From assembly GCF_009914755.1 (NCBI RefSeq), contig NC_060929.1: a stretch of 64,000 nt of DNA, one strand, 5' to 3'. This document shows positions 24,202 to 39,502 of the stretch, piece after piece. This stretch comes from the human T2T-CHM13v2.0 reference genome, Homo sapiens. Made by a program: the position numbers and the translations under genes. Within the stretch, counting starts at the first letter, position 1. Every line of letters starts with the position of its first letter. The notes beneath the pieces were generated by a model. The model was not told where the DNA came from. It was given only the letters and a program-made list of their open reading frames with translations, and did not search any database.

Positions 24202-24933
24202 CCTGCCTTCTTTACCCTGTGTTTAGTGGGGAAAAAATGGGGGCTCAAAAGATTTGAGTTTGAGCCCCAGTTCTGCCAATAACTGGCTACTTGGTTTTGA
24301 TGAGTGATTTTGACCACAGTTTCTCCTCTTGCTTACTTGGGGAAAAGATTAGATGAGATCATAGAAATCACCAAATTTATAGCCTGAAGTGGCCTCTGAG
24401 ATCATCCAACATTTCCCAAAGTGTGCTCACCAGAATATTAATCCTGCAAAGTCCCCTTGGGATAAAAAGGAGGGCTGGTTGTGTGAGTCCCTCTCCGAGA
24501 CTCTCAATATGCATTACCAGAGGGAAGTTCCCGAGAAGTCGCACAGTAAAGAAGCCTTTGTTTGTCCCTGCATCTCCCAAACTCATTTCACTATGGACGC
24601 TGTTGTTTGGGTAATCCCTGGTAGCAATCTCTTGATCACTGATCTACATTTGGAAAATGCTCACATAGATTAACCCCTTTAGTGCACATTGGAGAACCAG
24701 GATTGAGACTTAGATCACCTTTTACCTGCTCCCAAATCTCTGTCTCAGGCTCAGCTTTGAGGAAAACCCAAATTGAGACAGATGGTTGTTCCTGGGATAA
24801 AAACAGCTTTACTGCTAATTTTAAATTTTTAACATTATTTTCAATACTATGTACTCAGTAAATTTTCAAACAACACAGAAAAGAATAAGGAAGATAAGTA
24901 AAACTCACCTTAAATCTTCCTACCCTAAAATAA

Positions 24934-25290
<357 letters not shown>

Positions 25291-25489
25291 TCACTTCTGC
25301 CACCTTTTGATTGCACGAGGAGGTAATGAAGCTCAGGAACTGGGATAGGAGCTGAACCCAGAATCAGTGAGTTCAGAAGCATATCCTGACATGAGTTGTT
25401 GCTTAAATTATAGTCAAGCCCCTTGGCCTCCTTGTGCCTGATTCCTCCTTACCCCTTTAGAGAGCAGTGTCTATGGCAGAGTCTGAAAA

Positions 25490-25710
25490 TTAATAATATT
25501 CATGGCTACCATTTATTGGGTTCCTACTACGTACACATAATATTATGTTACACATTATTGCACCCAGGAAATTAACCCTCACATCTTCCCAAGGAGGCAG
25601 GTGATACCATTAAGGCTTTGAGAGTTTGACTTGCCTCAGATCTCACAGCTGCTAGCAGCCATAAAGCCAGGACCCTAACTCTGAAACTGACTCCCAATTC
25701 TGCCTGACTC
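25490..25710 (-). mobile_element. MIR
   Basis: 'gctaccatttattgggttcctactacgt...gacttgcctcagatctcacagctg'. Confidence 0.65.
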
Positions 25711-25829
25711 TGAAACTTTCTGCATAACTGTAACTCTGTGACTTCATACACTATATGCGGCAAACGTCAGTCCTATTTTCTGACCTCTCAGCTCCTGTTA
25801 AATGCCTTTGCTGTGTTTGGAATAGTTTT

Positions 25830-26312
25830 AGCCCTGTGGATCCTACTACTCCAAAGCAAAACCCAGAAGACTCCAATCAAATCTGGGCCTCCCTTTCAGA
25901 CTGGATGAAAGTGTGTCCAAGGCTGGGACAATCAGACACACTCCTATAAGACCTTGATTCTAAGAGAGCAACTCAAGGAAAGAGACTTTCCAGGGGATCC
26001 ATTGTGCTGGCAAGGATGGCAGCAAGAGGTCTGACTTTTGGGGTGACAATGTTTGCAAGGATGAGATCTTGGCATAGCAATAGTGGTGGTTTCTTCTATG
26101 GCTTAGTGGGACAACAGTAGGGGCAATGGTCCCTCTGTCAATCTAGTTCTACGGAGCGGTGTTTTCATTGCTCCTTAAGTTTACCTTCAGACCTTGCTCT
26201 CCACCTCTCCTGACGATTCTGAGAGCTCTCAATATCCTTTTGATAAATTCCTTCTCTGCCCAATCGGCCAGAGTCAGCTTCTGTTGCTTGCTCCCAGAAA
26301 ACCTGACAGATG
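25830..26312 (+). mobile_element. Old ERVL-type LTR (LTR33/LTR41-like)
   Basis: 3' end 'gataaattccttctctgcccaatcggccagagtcagcttctgttgcttgc' is typical of these LTRs; 5' boundary uncertain. Confidence 0.5.
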
Positions 26313-26652
26313 TGTGCTGTATCAGTGAGAGAGAGTGAGACCTCTCACTACACAGAACTCTAGTGGCTTTGGGTGTCTACAAACTGCAAAGCAATGAACA
26401 GAGATGGCCAGTTTCTCATCAATTTCTTTAACATAGACAACAAATTCATTAGATCCCAAAGTGAACTTTTGGCCAAAGTAGTACAAATTGGTTTAAACCA
26501 TATTGATTCTGTTACCTCTCAATTGCCTAATTTCCAATTCACATTATATTTTGTGCCTTGAGTCCAGGTGTTAGAAGCCAACAGGAAAACTAGACTTTCT
26601 TGAATGGGTCTTCTGAAAGAAATTTAATTGAAAATCGTATTTATTCTTTAAT

Positions 26653-26998
26653 CCAGTGGTTCTCAAACTTTTTAGTCTCAAAACACCTTAAAAATATTAA
26701 AGATTCAAACAGGTTTTGTTTGAGTTGGATCTGTCTATAGTGAGGCAGTGGCATTGTTTGAAATTTCTGCAAATCCCTTTAGTGTCTGGTTTTTTGGAAG
26801 ACAGCTGAGTTCTCACATTTCCCTCTGCATTTAGTCTGTTGTGTGTTACGTGTCATGTAACCTCTGGAACACTCCACTGTACACTTGCGGAGATTGACAA
26901 TGAAACAGAAAATATCATTTTAACATTATTATGAAAAGAGTTTTGACCTTACAAACCTCCTGAAAAGACCTCCCCAGTCTACACTTTGAGAACTGCTG
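26653..26998. mobile_element. hAT-Charlie non-autonomous element (Charlie4-like)
   Basis: Terminal inverted repeats 'cagtggttctcaaa' and 'tttgagaactgctg'. Confidence 0.75.
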
Positions 26999-27389
26999 GC
27001 CTAATCTCTAAACCTTTTCATGTCTTACATCTTAGATTGCAACTGATTCACATGACAAGTCCCTTTTATACCCTTACTGTTAACCTAATAATGTGGTCTC
27101 ATCCTTTAGAACCATTCTATTCACTGGACCCTAATCTCTCTGCTTGATTAGAAAAGGTTCTGCTCAAAAATCAGAAAACCTAATTCTGCCATTAACTGGC
27201 TGCATGATGGTAGACAGGTCAGGGACCTTGGATAGGTCCATCGGTCTCTCTGGGCATTAGTTCTGCACTTGCCAAACAGATACTTACTTAACTCATAAGA
27301 AGACTACTTAAATATCAAATTGGATGGTATGCATGAAAATACTTACAGCACACATATATGAAAGAATACTATTCCAATATTTGAATGGT

Positions 27390-27860
27390 TGTATTACTTT
27401 GGTTGCTTTGGGTTGCTAGTAACAGAAAATCTAACTCAAATATCCTTAAATAGATTGGCTCATTTAACTGAAATGCCTAGAGGGGGACCAGATCTCAGGC
27501 ATGGTTTGACCCAGAGGTTCCTGAGGGAGTGTGGGCTCTGATTCATGTTTTCTGCCATACTCTCCACTCCGCAACTCTGCTCTGTGTTGCTTCGGCCTCA
27601 ACTATTCCTTTTCCTGTTAGTAACAATAACCACTGAACTTCCTACCCCACCTGCTTATGGCATACCACCCAAAGCAAGAAAAAGTACCCATTCCAGAAGC
27701 TTCCATAAAAGAGAGAGAAACTTTCTATCTCAGAAGTCCTCAGCAAATGTTTCCTCTTTGGTCCAAAATAGGTCAAGTGTCCATCCTGAACCAATTGCCA
27801 AGGTGTAGGTAATAAGATAAGCTGATTGGCAAAGCTAATCAAAGTGCACCCTGGAACTAA
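27390..27860 (-). mobile_element. Old MaLR LTR (MLT1K/L-like)
   Basis: 'ggttgctagtaacagaaaatctaactcaaa...ggtcaagtgtccatcctgaaccaat'. Confidence 0.55.
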
Positions 27861-28072
27861 GGTAGGATGACTCTCGCAAACCGTCTGGCTTCGAAATTCT
27901 GTGTTCTGTTAAGAAATTACAAAGTTGGAATAGTTGTTCAGAGAACAATCAATGAAAGTCCAATACAACATCACATATCTGTATTTCTTGACCACGAAAG
28001 ATGATCACAATATATGATAAATTGAAAAGTTAAAGAAGAAGAGTATGTCTAGAAGATTCCCATCTTACAAAA

Positions 28073-28200
28073 TGCACATGTATACATGTACACATATATG
28101 TGTATATGTATAATATATATACACATATACGTGTGTATGTATAATATATATACACATATATGTGTGTATGTATACATGTGTGTGTGTACACATACTGTAT
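28073..28200. repeat. Alternating purine-pyrimidine simple repeat (TA/TG/CA)
   Basis: 'catgtatacatgtacacatatatgtgtatatgtata...tgtgtgtgtacacata'. Confidence 0.9.
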
Positions 28201-30706
28201 CTGCTTAGCGGTAACGACTGGGGTGGGATTATGGATAACTAAGCATTTTTGTTTGTTTTTGTTTCTCTACCTTTTATATAATTAAAAAGTATAGTATTTT
28301 ATGAAAAATTTCAATATGGGAAGAAAGTCTAAGATACAATGTGAAGCATGTTCACCAATCATCCCATTTCCTGCTCCTAGCACCCTCTAGTCCATCCTAG
28401 GACCTAAGGCTGACCTCACCAACCATCTTTCATGTTACCTAATGGAACTCTAGGCAAAGGGTTGAGCCAGGCTCAAGAAACTTCTCCCATCTCTGTACAT
28501 TTTGCTTCAATATCCCTAAAAAAATCACAAAAGTAGGATCTCTTGCTCAGAATAGAAAGCAGTCTATTTTCATTCATAAGCAATTCTAATTTCACTGGTT
28601 CTCTTCCCTCTCTTCCCCTCTCCCCAAGCCCTCTACCAACTCCCATGACCTCATCATGGTATTTAGAATAATAGCCTTTTCCCACAGGTCATCAGCTTCT
28701 AAAATAAATATATTTCCATCCACGGAAGCTGCAGAGTCACTGGAATTATTATACCTCGGTTCAGAGTCACAAGCTCATTAAAGACTGATTATTGTGCTTT
28801 CCAAAAAGAATGACAGTGGAAGAAGCAGGATGATTATTTTTTATTTAACTGAGGAAGGAGATGCACAGGCAGATTAACGTAAAAGTCGGCTTCTGGAGGA
28901 GGTAGTTGAGACAGCTAGGAGGTAAGAAAATGAGAGAACAACAACAACAATCTGAAGTCTTGATAATCTGAATTTCCCTGGAAGACACCAACAACAATGA
29001 GGCAGTTTGGTCAGAAGGAAGAAGAAAACTTAAGAATAGAAATCAGGAATTCTCGATCCCATTCTGTTCCTTCCTCCAGTTGGGACTCTGTCTACATCTC
29101 TGAGCCTTTGAAATTGGGTACAATCAAGGATGGCGAATGACTGACCTCCCCCTACCACCCTTTACTAATCCATCCCAGCACCTTTCCCAGTGAACCCAGA
29201 CAGCAACCCTGTGCTCTAAGCAGCCACTCTCCATTTATCAAAATGAGCACATGAGGCTGTCTATTATCCCTAGCCTAAAGATTTCTAAAATGCCCATACA
29301 ATTCTGACTTTCTGATTTGCCTCTGCTTCCCTGGGCCTACTTCACTTGCTAAAAGCTCATAGCTGGCATTTAACAATCAGTCAAAACATCATTTATTAAC
29401 ATCACTTATAAAAACAACCGATAGATATGATATGTTGACTTTTGAGAGGAGATGGAAACAATGGTGACACATCAAACTTTAAATGTCAAAGGGACTGTCA
29501 CATGCAAGAGGCAGTCAGTATAATCTGTGCAACGCCCAAGAGATAGGACAGGGGCCACTGAGTGCAGGTTACAGGAAGACTAAGGGCATTGTTTGCAAAC
29601 AATGAGCTGATCCATACAAGGGCATTTCTCAGTCTCTGGAGCAGGCTAAGTGGCCTCAGCCACCTCCAGGGGAGGCTGTAGAACACCAATCACAAGACCA
29701 ACACCTATAAGGGCCAGGCAGCTGATGTAGTCAGGGTGTGTGGCAGGGTGTGGTGAGCAGAGAGCACAGGTCTGGTCTGGAGGGGACAGTCACTTTGCAG
29801 CCCCACGTTTCTCCCTCCCTCCATTCCCTGCCTTCCAGCTGCCCTACCTCCTTTCATGCAAGCCTCCTTCCTGTTGCTTTCCCTACTAAGCAACGTGTCA
29901 TGTCTGTCTGCATGGAGGCATAGGTAAAGAATGAGAAGATAGCGTGAGTGGCATAAATGAGGTGCCATGGGAACAAGAGCAAAGAGAGATGGATTTGGTA
30001 TAATGGGATTGATGGAGAATAAGACATTGGCTCTGGACTTTGAAATGGGGTTGGGGTCTAATGTGCATAGTTAAAAAGGAAGTGTCCTCCAGGCAGGAAG
30101 ACAGCAAGAGCAAAGGCACTGAGGAAGGAAGATGTTGGCACAGAGAGAATATGAAGAAGAAAGACATAAAGCAGAACTACAGATCCCAGGCAGGTCACAA
30201 AAGTGCTCAGATGCTTTGCAAAGTAACTTGGGCTTTACAAAACAGGTTAGAGATTTTCACATTGTTCCTTGATTCTCAGCTTTCCCAGGATAACCCTCCT
30301 AGCCGCTTGCCCCACTCCTTACTCATGCCTTGCCTCAGGAGGGAAATGGGAAATAGGTACAACTCATCTGACCGATGGATTTGGGAAGAGGAAACAGCGT
30401 GGGTGGCTCAGTCCCTGGGGACCTGCCTACTGCGAACATTTGTGCTCTGAGCTAATCCTGCCATGGCATCAAAGGCAAAGGTCCTCCCCACAGCAAAGCA
30501 CATGGTGGCCTCACTCTGCAACCAGATAAGTCTAATTCAAGGGTGGCTTCATTAAAAAGCCCGATTAGCCAGTACACCTAAAAGCTGCGTTCTCCAAGCA
30601 GCCTAATCAAGAATGAAGGTGAACTTTTGTTCCTCACTTGCCTCAAGTGGTTTCCTCAAGTCATTCAGAACTCAGGCTTGCAATGGTGGTGAAAGCGATG
30701 GTTGGC

Positions 30707-31035
<329 letters not shown>

Positions 31036-31209
31036 TCAACAACAAACCTCTACCCAGATCTACCCAATTTCAGGGATTGAAGCCCAAGCATATGCCTTTG
31101 AAAAAGTTTCCAAAGTGTTTCAAATACACAAATAACTTCATTATTTGTGTAGTAATAATCCCTGACATAAATACTGGGGAACCATAGAAGGTTTTTGAGC
31201 AGGAAACAT

Positions 31210-31710
31210 GTGATGGAGATTGATAGTTGCCTACCCAAGTATCTATATTCCCCATCATTATTAACAAAACCTCCAGTTTTATTTAGAGCATAAATGTGCC
31301 CCCCCACCCCCGCCGCAAAAGGACATTTCCCAGGCTCTCTTGCAGGTAGATATGGCCATGCAACTGAGTACTGAACAATGAAATAAAAGCGAAAGTGTTG
31401 TGGTGGCAGCTTCTGAGAAACTTTCTGAAAAGGCAGCTGGCATTGACTCTTTTTTCCACCATGTTTAACCTCTTCCTCTAAACTTCTGCCTAGAATATGG
31501 ATGTGATGGCTGGAGCACTAGCTGCCATCTTGAATGCTGAGTACAATGGCCACATTCTTGGCCAAATAGAGCTAAAAGCTTCCAGAAACTTGAATCCCTG
31601 ATTGCCATGGAACCACCCCATATTAGAAAAAGAAATAAAGCCTTATCTTGTTCAAGCCTCTATTCTTACTTAGTTTTGGGTCACCTGCTGCTGAATCTAA
31701 TCCTAACTGG
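31210..31710 (+). mobile_element. Old MaLR LTR (MLT1I-L-like)
   Basis: 'catttcccaggctctcttgcagg' and 'ggatgtgatggctggagcactagctgccatcttg'. Confidence 0.6.
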
Positions 31711-31769
31711 AAGAGAAGTAATACGAACCAAAATGTGTTTTAATCACACCACTCCCCATGTTAGACACA

Positions 31770-32230
31770 CTCAAATTATTCAATCAACAAATTGAGGACC
31801 CATAAGATGCCAGGCACTGGGGACAAAATAAGGGACAAAGCAGATTATATTCTGCCCTCTTATTACTTACAATATATTGCAGGATATAGGTGATTATTAA
31901 TTAAACAAACAATTACAAACTGTAACAAGAACAATAAAGGAAACACATGTGGTGCTGAGATAAGAAATAGGGGAGGTAGTAGTGATCAGAAAACCTACAG
32001 TAGCTATGGTAGTCAGAGAAGCTTCTCTGAGGAGGTGATAATTAAACAGAAGCCTGAAGAAGGAAAGGAATCAGCTATGTGAAATGGGGGTGGAAGGAGG
32101 AGCTTTGCATATAGAAAGTATGGCACATGCAAAGGCCCTGGGGCAGGAAGGGCCTGGTCAGAAAAAGAAACTGAAAGTAGAACAGGGTAGCTGGAGCATC
32201 AGTGGAGCAGAGATCATCATTCTCATAGGA
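31770..32230 (-). mobile_element. L2 3' region
   Basis: 'attcaatcaacaaattgaggac...gccaggcactgggg...gcttctctgaggaggtgat'. Confidence 0.75.
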
Positions 32231-32999
32231 ACTGGCATGACCCATTGACAAGGAACAAGTTCTTTTGAACATGTATCTTGCTAGCCTTCATTTTAAATCT
32301 TTACATCTCATATGAAGTAACTTTCTGAGTATAATGGATACCTCTGTGAGGCCAAATGGAATATGATCATGGCCAAAAGGAAGGGGCAGACAAGCTTTCA
32401 TATATTGTGGAGCTGAGGGAAGTGGTGGTGGAAAAACAGATGGTTTTCTTGTTGGGAAATAAACTTTAAGGAGAGAAGAATATGTCCTTTGAGTTTATTC
32501 ATAAGTCCACAAAGCTCTGCTTTCTTAGCCAAACACACCACACCCCAGGAACCTTCAGATACCAAATATTAGCATCTTTCCACCAGAAAGGCAGTGCTCA
32601 GTGGTAGCATGTCAAGATGGAAGAGAGGGACAATTTTTTAAAAACGGGGAAAGTTGCAATGCTGATGAGAAGGAAGAATGATGGAAGAATCTAAATTTGT
32701 GGGATTTATCTAAACCAAATTGCAAATATCACCAAGAACAGAAAATTAAGCAAAGATTCCTTACAAAAGCAAGTTGATGCTCCCAAAGCATTGGCTCTCA
32801 ACCCCAGGAAAGCTAAGACCACTGGGGCCCTGGCTTCAAAGTTTCAAATAGAGACACTAGGTCCATCCCAAAGATCTGGGTTCAGTAAACTGGGGATAAG
32901 GCCCAGGAATCGGCCTTTTTAGCAAGCACCAGGTGTTTCTGCCATCACTGAGAAACACTGCCCCATCTGGGTTTGGGGAGTAGGAAACAAGGCCAGAGG

Positions 33000-35420
33000 A
33001 AGGCTAGAATAGAGACTCATTGGGTCTGCACAGCCCCGAGCTGCATTCATACTGGGCTCCATTCAGACACCCTCAACAACTCCTTGCCAGCTCCCACTCT
33101 GTTGTCTGCTGGCAAAACCCCAGCCCTGAATAAATTCCACTTCCTACAAACCCTAGCAGCTCACACTGTGGCTACAAAAGAAGACACACACAGCTGACTG
33201 GTCTCACTTTAACTTTCAGGCCACAAATTTCAAATCCCTGCTGATCCTTGGACTGAAGCCAATGCCCCCCTCCATGCTGGGGGACCCTGTTGCTTCTCTC
33301 CTGCTTGAGGACTTTGCTGATATATTTCTCCCCATTCTCTCCTATGTGAACAGCCTTTCCTTCTTTGCTGGATCATTCCTTAGGCCTATAGAGACTCATG
33401 GTAATATTTCCCAACACCTTCACACCCACATCCCCCTCCAGCTAACACACTCTTTCCTATGCCTCCCTTAGTGCAAACTTCCTTGAAAAAATTGTCTCTT
33501 CTTGCCACCTTCAATCCCTCCCCCAGTCATTGTCTTTGCTATCTTCTTCAGCAAGGCTTCCAATCCTCTACTCTACTGAAAGATCTCCTTCTAAGGTCCC
33601 ATCCAATTCGTGTCACCAATCTGATGGGTCACAAGCGCTTTTCCTCCATAATTCTTACCTGTGCTGCTAGCAGCATATGGCACAGTTGATCACCCCCCTA
33701 CCTTGTTGGAACGCTTTTATCACTAGACATCTAGGAACCTACCCTGTCCTGGTTTCTCTATCAACTCTTTGGACTCTTTTTTTTTTTTTTTTCTACCAGA
33801 TCTTCCTGACCTGTTGATATAGGAGGGCCCCTGGGCTCTGCCCTGGGTCTTCCTCTCCCCAACTTCTATCCTTACTGTCTTGATGACCTCATCCAGCCCT
33901 GTGGTTTTAAATACCATCTATATCCTCACCCCAAATTTATATCTGCTGCCCTGGCATTTCCTCTGAATTGCAGATTGGATTATCTAACTTCTCACTCAAC
34001 ATTGCCCTTTGAACATCTTTTCAGTCTTCTCAAACTTAATATGTGCTAACCAAATCAAATTCTCAATTTCCCTTTCTCACTCCCATTTTTAAAAGTATAT
34101 GCTCCTCCCTCAGTGTTTTCCTTTGTAGCAAATGGCACCTGATTCACCCAGAGTTTCAGGCTAAAACTGTATCATCCTTAACACATCTTTTTCCCTCACA
34201 CTTTACCTCCAATCTCACAGCACTTCCTGTGCAATTCCATGCTCCAACATCAAAATACATCTTAAATTTGACCACTTTTCACCACCTCCACCCAACACTG
34301 TGGCCCATCATCCTTCCACTGGACAACTCCAGGAGCTTCTCACCTCCTCTCCCTGTTTCTGCTCCCATGGTCTGTTCACACAACAGCCAGAGGGGCCTTC
34401 TCCATCATTGAGTCAGATCATGTCATTTCCTTGACAGACACTTTCTCATCACACTTGGAATCAAGTCAAAAGCCTTTATCAGGAACAGCAAACTCCCACT
34501 CCAGGTTCAGCCTGCCTGACAAACCCATCATCCACCACTGTTCTCCTCACTCACTCTACCCCAGCCCTTCTTGCTGTCCTTCAAACACCCCAAGCTGAGC
34601 CTCACCTCCATGCCTTTGCCTCCGTTCTACCTGGAAGACGTTCCTTTCAGCTTTCCCTTGGCTCCTGCCTGCACTTCATGTCTCAACACAAACGTCACCA
34701 TCACAGAGGGCCTTCTCCTCCCCACCTCATTTTCTCTTCTTCCTTCACCTTGCTTTCTTTTTCTTCATAACGCTTAAAACTACCCCTAGCAGGCTGAATA
34801 ACAGCCCCCAGAGATGTCCACATCCTAAACCCTGGAGCCTGTGAATATGTTACCTTACCTGGAAAAAGGGGCTTTGAAGGGGTGATTAAGTTAAGGATCT
34901 TGGGAAAGAGAGATTATCCCGGATTACCCACATGAGCCTGATGTAAGCACAAGGGTCTTTATAAGAGGGAGGCAGGAAGGTCAGAGTCAGAGGAGATGTG
35001 AGGATAAAAGCAGATGTTCAAGTGATGTGAGGAAGGGATGAGCCGAGGAACACGGGCTGCTTCTATAAGCTGAAAAAGGCAAGAAAGGGTTTCTCCCCGA
35101 GAAGTTCCAGAAGGAACATCCCTATGCCATCACCTTGATTTCAACTCAGTGTGACACATGTCAGACTGCTGACCTCCAGAACTGCAGGATAATACATTTG
35201 TGTTGTCTTAAGCCACTCTGTTTATGGTGACTTGTGATGTTAACAGCAGGCAACTAACACACTAACTGATGCTATATTAATATTTCATATTTTTGCTTAA
35301 TATCCTTCCCTCCAAAGAATGCAGACTCCGTGAGGGGCAGAGACTTAGAGTGTTCTTTGAAGCATTTCCAGCACCTGAAACATGCTCAGGCAACATCTAG
35401 AATATTTATTGAATGAATAA
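33000..35420 (+). mobile_element. Long L2 fragment reaching its 3' end, interrupted by MLT1D
   Basis: Pyrimidine-rich L2 text ('catccagccctgtggttttaaataccatcta', 'agtcagatcatgtca'); ends 'atatttattgaatgaataaa'. Confidence 0.8.
34787..35262 (+). mobile_element. MLT1D-like LTR
   Basis: 'agcaggctgaataacagcccccagagatgtccacatcctaaaccctggagcctgtgaatatgttaccttac'. Confidence 0.85.
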
Positions 35421-35499
35421 ACAACCACTCCGAGTTGGTTGGGTTTTTTTCAATGATGAAAGACAAAGAAGAAATTGGAGCTTGAAAATAGAAGTGACA

Positions 35500-35807
<308 letters not shown>

Positions 35808-36929
35808 CTAAGGGCACCCCAGAGCCTCCAGTGTACTAAACCCACACTACAAGTCATGTATGCCTGGAATTCACAAGGATGTTTTTTTCACCTATGAGCT
35901 TAGATGACTCCAAAATCTTTTTGCCCCCTGCTCTCGTCATATCTGAGCTCATTAAATTGCTTCGGTGCAATTGCAAACTCCCACATCACAGTTGCTTCTC
36001 CTACCCCCATCCTTACCACCATATGTACTTATATAGGTCACTTCTGGCAAAATTAGTAAGTATGAACTAAGACTTTTAAATGACTGTGGCAGCACCCAAA
36101 GATGTTAAAATCAAATGCTCTCCTTCTTTTTTTTTAACTTCGGCTTCCACCTCTAGTATAAGAGAAGATGCTTCCAGAAGCACTTAAGAGAAATCACTCC
36201 AACTCTGTGCTCAGTTTTCTGCCACTTGCAATGTGTTTCTTGCTCATGAAACTCATGATGGCATTTAGCTCCTCCACGGACACATCTGAGAGATAACTAG
36301 GTGAACAACATTGTAACTCACCACCTGGAAAATTATAGACTCTAACCTCATGGCACATCTTGAAATTATCACAGACTCTTGTTTCCCAGTTATGGAGAGC
36401 TCTCCTCAAACTGTCTTACCACAGAATGGAATGTGCTGGCTCACATGACCAGGTGGCCCTGCAGGGGCACTAAGTTTAGGCATGATTTGATGGTCATCAA
36501 GGCCTGGCCCCTCTCCATCTCTTGACTCTCCCCTCGCTATGATTTCTCCATTCTCAAGCTCTTCATGATGTCAAGAGGGCTATCCTCTCTCTGACTTACA
36601 TCCTTCCTGCTTCAAACCCGGAGGAAAAGAGAGCCATGCTCCTTCCTCAGCAGTTCTCTTTGCCCAGAACCAGGTCCCATGTCCATCCCTAATAATTACT
36701 GTAGCCAACAATGTGATGCCAGACCTGAACCTCACAGGCTGATCCCTGAAGCCGAAGGTGAAGTCAACATCACTTCATCTAAAACACATGAATTGCAATT
36801 GGAATTCTAACAAGAGTTCTAAGAGGAAAATCAGGTGCAATAAACAACAGAATTCTGGAGGGGTGGATGCGTGCTGACGAAACAAAAGATGAGATCTCCC
36901 TGCGAACATCTCAGACACATGGTCAATCA

Positions 36930-38600
36930 ACTTCTGCTAGTTCACTGCAAGGAACAGGGAACTCACTATCTTATGAAAGCAATTTACTCCATCTTTTATC
37001 ATAAATTATTAGAAAAATCTTCCTTACCTCAGGTCACGCATAACTTGCATGAACTATCACTGACTCTGTTCTCAGAACAATACAGGAGTGTATTCAGATA
37101 CATGACAGCCCTTTAGATATTCAAAGGCAGTTTTCAGAATTCTCTCAAGCTTTCATTCCATAGGCAAAACATTCTGATTCCTTCAACTGTTCTAATGACA
37201 TTTCACCCTTCTTTTTATGAGCTCTGACTTGTCAACATCTCTCTCAAACTAGAGCAGAACCATTACATCCATAGATCTTGACACTGTAGAGTCATAGCTC
37301 ACATAGAAAGCGGACTGTAAAGTTAGCACACAAGGCAAAAACTGAGTATTACCTAAACTGCCCTTGAAAGGGGTGCCACTTTGTAGAACAGTATTATTAC
37401 CTCTCAAGAAATCCAACATCTTCAGATTTCTCCAGTGCTAGATCACTGTCTTTAGTGGATCACATGATCAATTGCTTGCATTTAGGAAGCCATTTGCACT
37501 CTAAACTTGGCATTAAAATATGTATCTAACTACAGCAGAATCAGACTCAACACAGAGAAGTACATATACTTGGACAGGCACAAATGAAATGAAAGTAGCA
37601 AAGGGAATAGCAGATTAATAAACCTCAGCTTTGATTCAACCTAGGGCATACACTCATTGAGTGATAGGGCAAGCTAAATTCTCCCTCTCTCAATATCTCT
37701 CTCTCTCTCTCTCTCTATCCATCCCTCTCTAATCCAGCAGCCCCATCCATGTCCATAGACTAGAAATAAGACTTGATTATACCACTATTTATAAAATCTA
37801 AAAACATTATCTGGCCAGGCACAGTAGCTCATGCCTATAATCCCAGCACTTCAGGAGACCAAGGTGGGAAGATGTCTTGAGACCGGGAGTTTGAGAACTG
37901 TCTGGACAAATATATATACAATTATCCACATTGTATTTTATATGGCAGTCACTTTATATTAGCTTATATTAAACTTACTCTCAACCAGATTTCTAGGGTT
38001 TATAATCTTGTAGCAGAAGGCCAATTATCAAGTCAGTTCTCCCTAATACTCCATTTATATAATCAATTATTGAAATTTGAATATAGTGCCTTAATATTTA
38101 CTTCTGTTCAATTTCATCCTGCTGATTTTACCCATGATTCTTATCTATGATGATCAATTAAGGATCCCAATTTCATCACACTGTGCATTTTTACCCTTCC
38201 CAGCTTAGTGCCAGGGATGGATCTGATGAACTAGAGTTCAATCCAGTGTTGCTAAAAGTATGGCCCAAAAGAGGAAAATCTGAGTACAAAGCCCTGAGAC
38301 AACCCATCCACCTCTTCATTCTTACTTGCCAGATACAGTTGGTCACTCCAAAAAAGAAAAAAATCATCCTAGTCATATATCCGAAAGAGATGCTGCCAAA
38401 GTTCTGCTGAAACCCAGACTCACTGTGCATGTCACTCCCCAGAGCACCAGTCTCACAACCCCTCTAAGACTAAATGAGTTCTTTCTGGCATGACTCTTAG
38501 AAACCAAACTGAAGTGCACAAACTACTCCTTAATCCAATTGCTCATCACATTCTATGCAAAAACCCATTCCAGAATTTTGCTGCCAGCTGCCAGCAAGTG
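36930..38600 (-). mobile_element. Ancient L3/CR1 LINE fragments
   Basis: 'gggaactcactatctt', 'catgacagccctttagatatt' and 'tttcatcctgctgatttt' resemble reverse L3; highly degraded. Confidence 0.45.
37812..37910 (+). mobile_element. Alu left-monomer/FLAM fragment
   Basis: 'ggccaggcacagtagctcatgcctataatcccagcactt...gagtttgagaac'. Confidence 0.85.
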
Positions 38601-38837
38601 GAAAGCTGTTCTCTCTCTTTCATTAAGGTCCACTAAAAATTATTCTCCCAATACTGCGCATCAAGGTTGGATTCATTCTAGGAGAATACCGGGAATACTA
38701 AAGCTGGGGCTGAAGGAGCGTAACTATCATCTAGTCCATGATAGATTGTGTCCATGTCACCGATGATTCCCAGTCAAAAAATTAGACATCCTCACCGCTG
38801 TCTTGTGACTGTCAGTGCCCTCCTGTGGGAGGGGTAT

Positions 38838-39502
38838 ACACAGGGTCAACCCTCTATATTTATGGTCTGCATCCATTCATTCAACCAGCTGTGGATCACA
38901 AAAACAATAAAAACAATACAACAATAAAAAACATAAATTTTAAAATACAATGTAATGACTAGTCACCTAGAATTTACATAGTAAAACCATGTAACGCTCA
39001 TAAAGACATTTTGGTCAATCACAGACCACATATATAAGGGTGGTCCATAAGATTATAATACCATATTGTTACTGTTTATTTTCTATGTCTAGCTATGTTC
39101 AGATACACAAATACTTACCATTGTGTTACAAATGCCAACAGTATCCAGTATAGTAACATGCTGCACAGGTTTGTAGACTAGCTGCAATAGGCTATCCCAT
39201 ATAGCCTAGGTGTGTACGAGGCTGTACCATCTAGGTTTGTGTAAGTATAGTCTATAATGTTCACACAATGACAAAATCACCTAATGATGCATTTCTTAGA
39301 ATGCATTTCCATCGTTAAGCAATAATTGACTATATATGGTATTATAAGTAATCTAGAGATGATTTAAAGTATACAGGAGGATGTGCATAGGTTATAGGCA
39401 AACACTACGTCATTTTAAATCAGGAATTTGAGCATCCTTGGATCTTGGTATACACAAGGGGTCCTGGCACCAATGCCCTGAGGATATTGAGGGACAACGG
39501 TA
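38838..39502 (-). mobile_element. MER2-like TcMar-Tigger MITE with a nested element
   Basis: 'gtattataagtaatctagagatgatttaaagtatacaggaggatgtgcataggttata...gaggatattgagggacaacgg'. Confidence 0.8.
38982..39332 (+). mobile_element. Tigger3a/MER7-like element nested in MER2
   Basis: 'gaccacatatataagggtggtccataagattataatacc...ccatatagcctaggtgtgta...catctaggtttgtgtaagta'. Confidence 0.8.
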
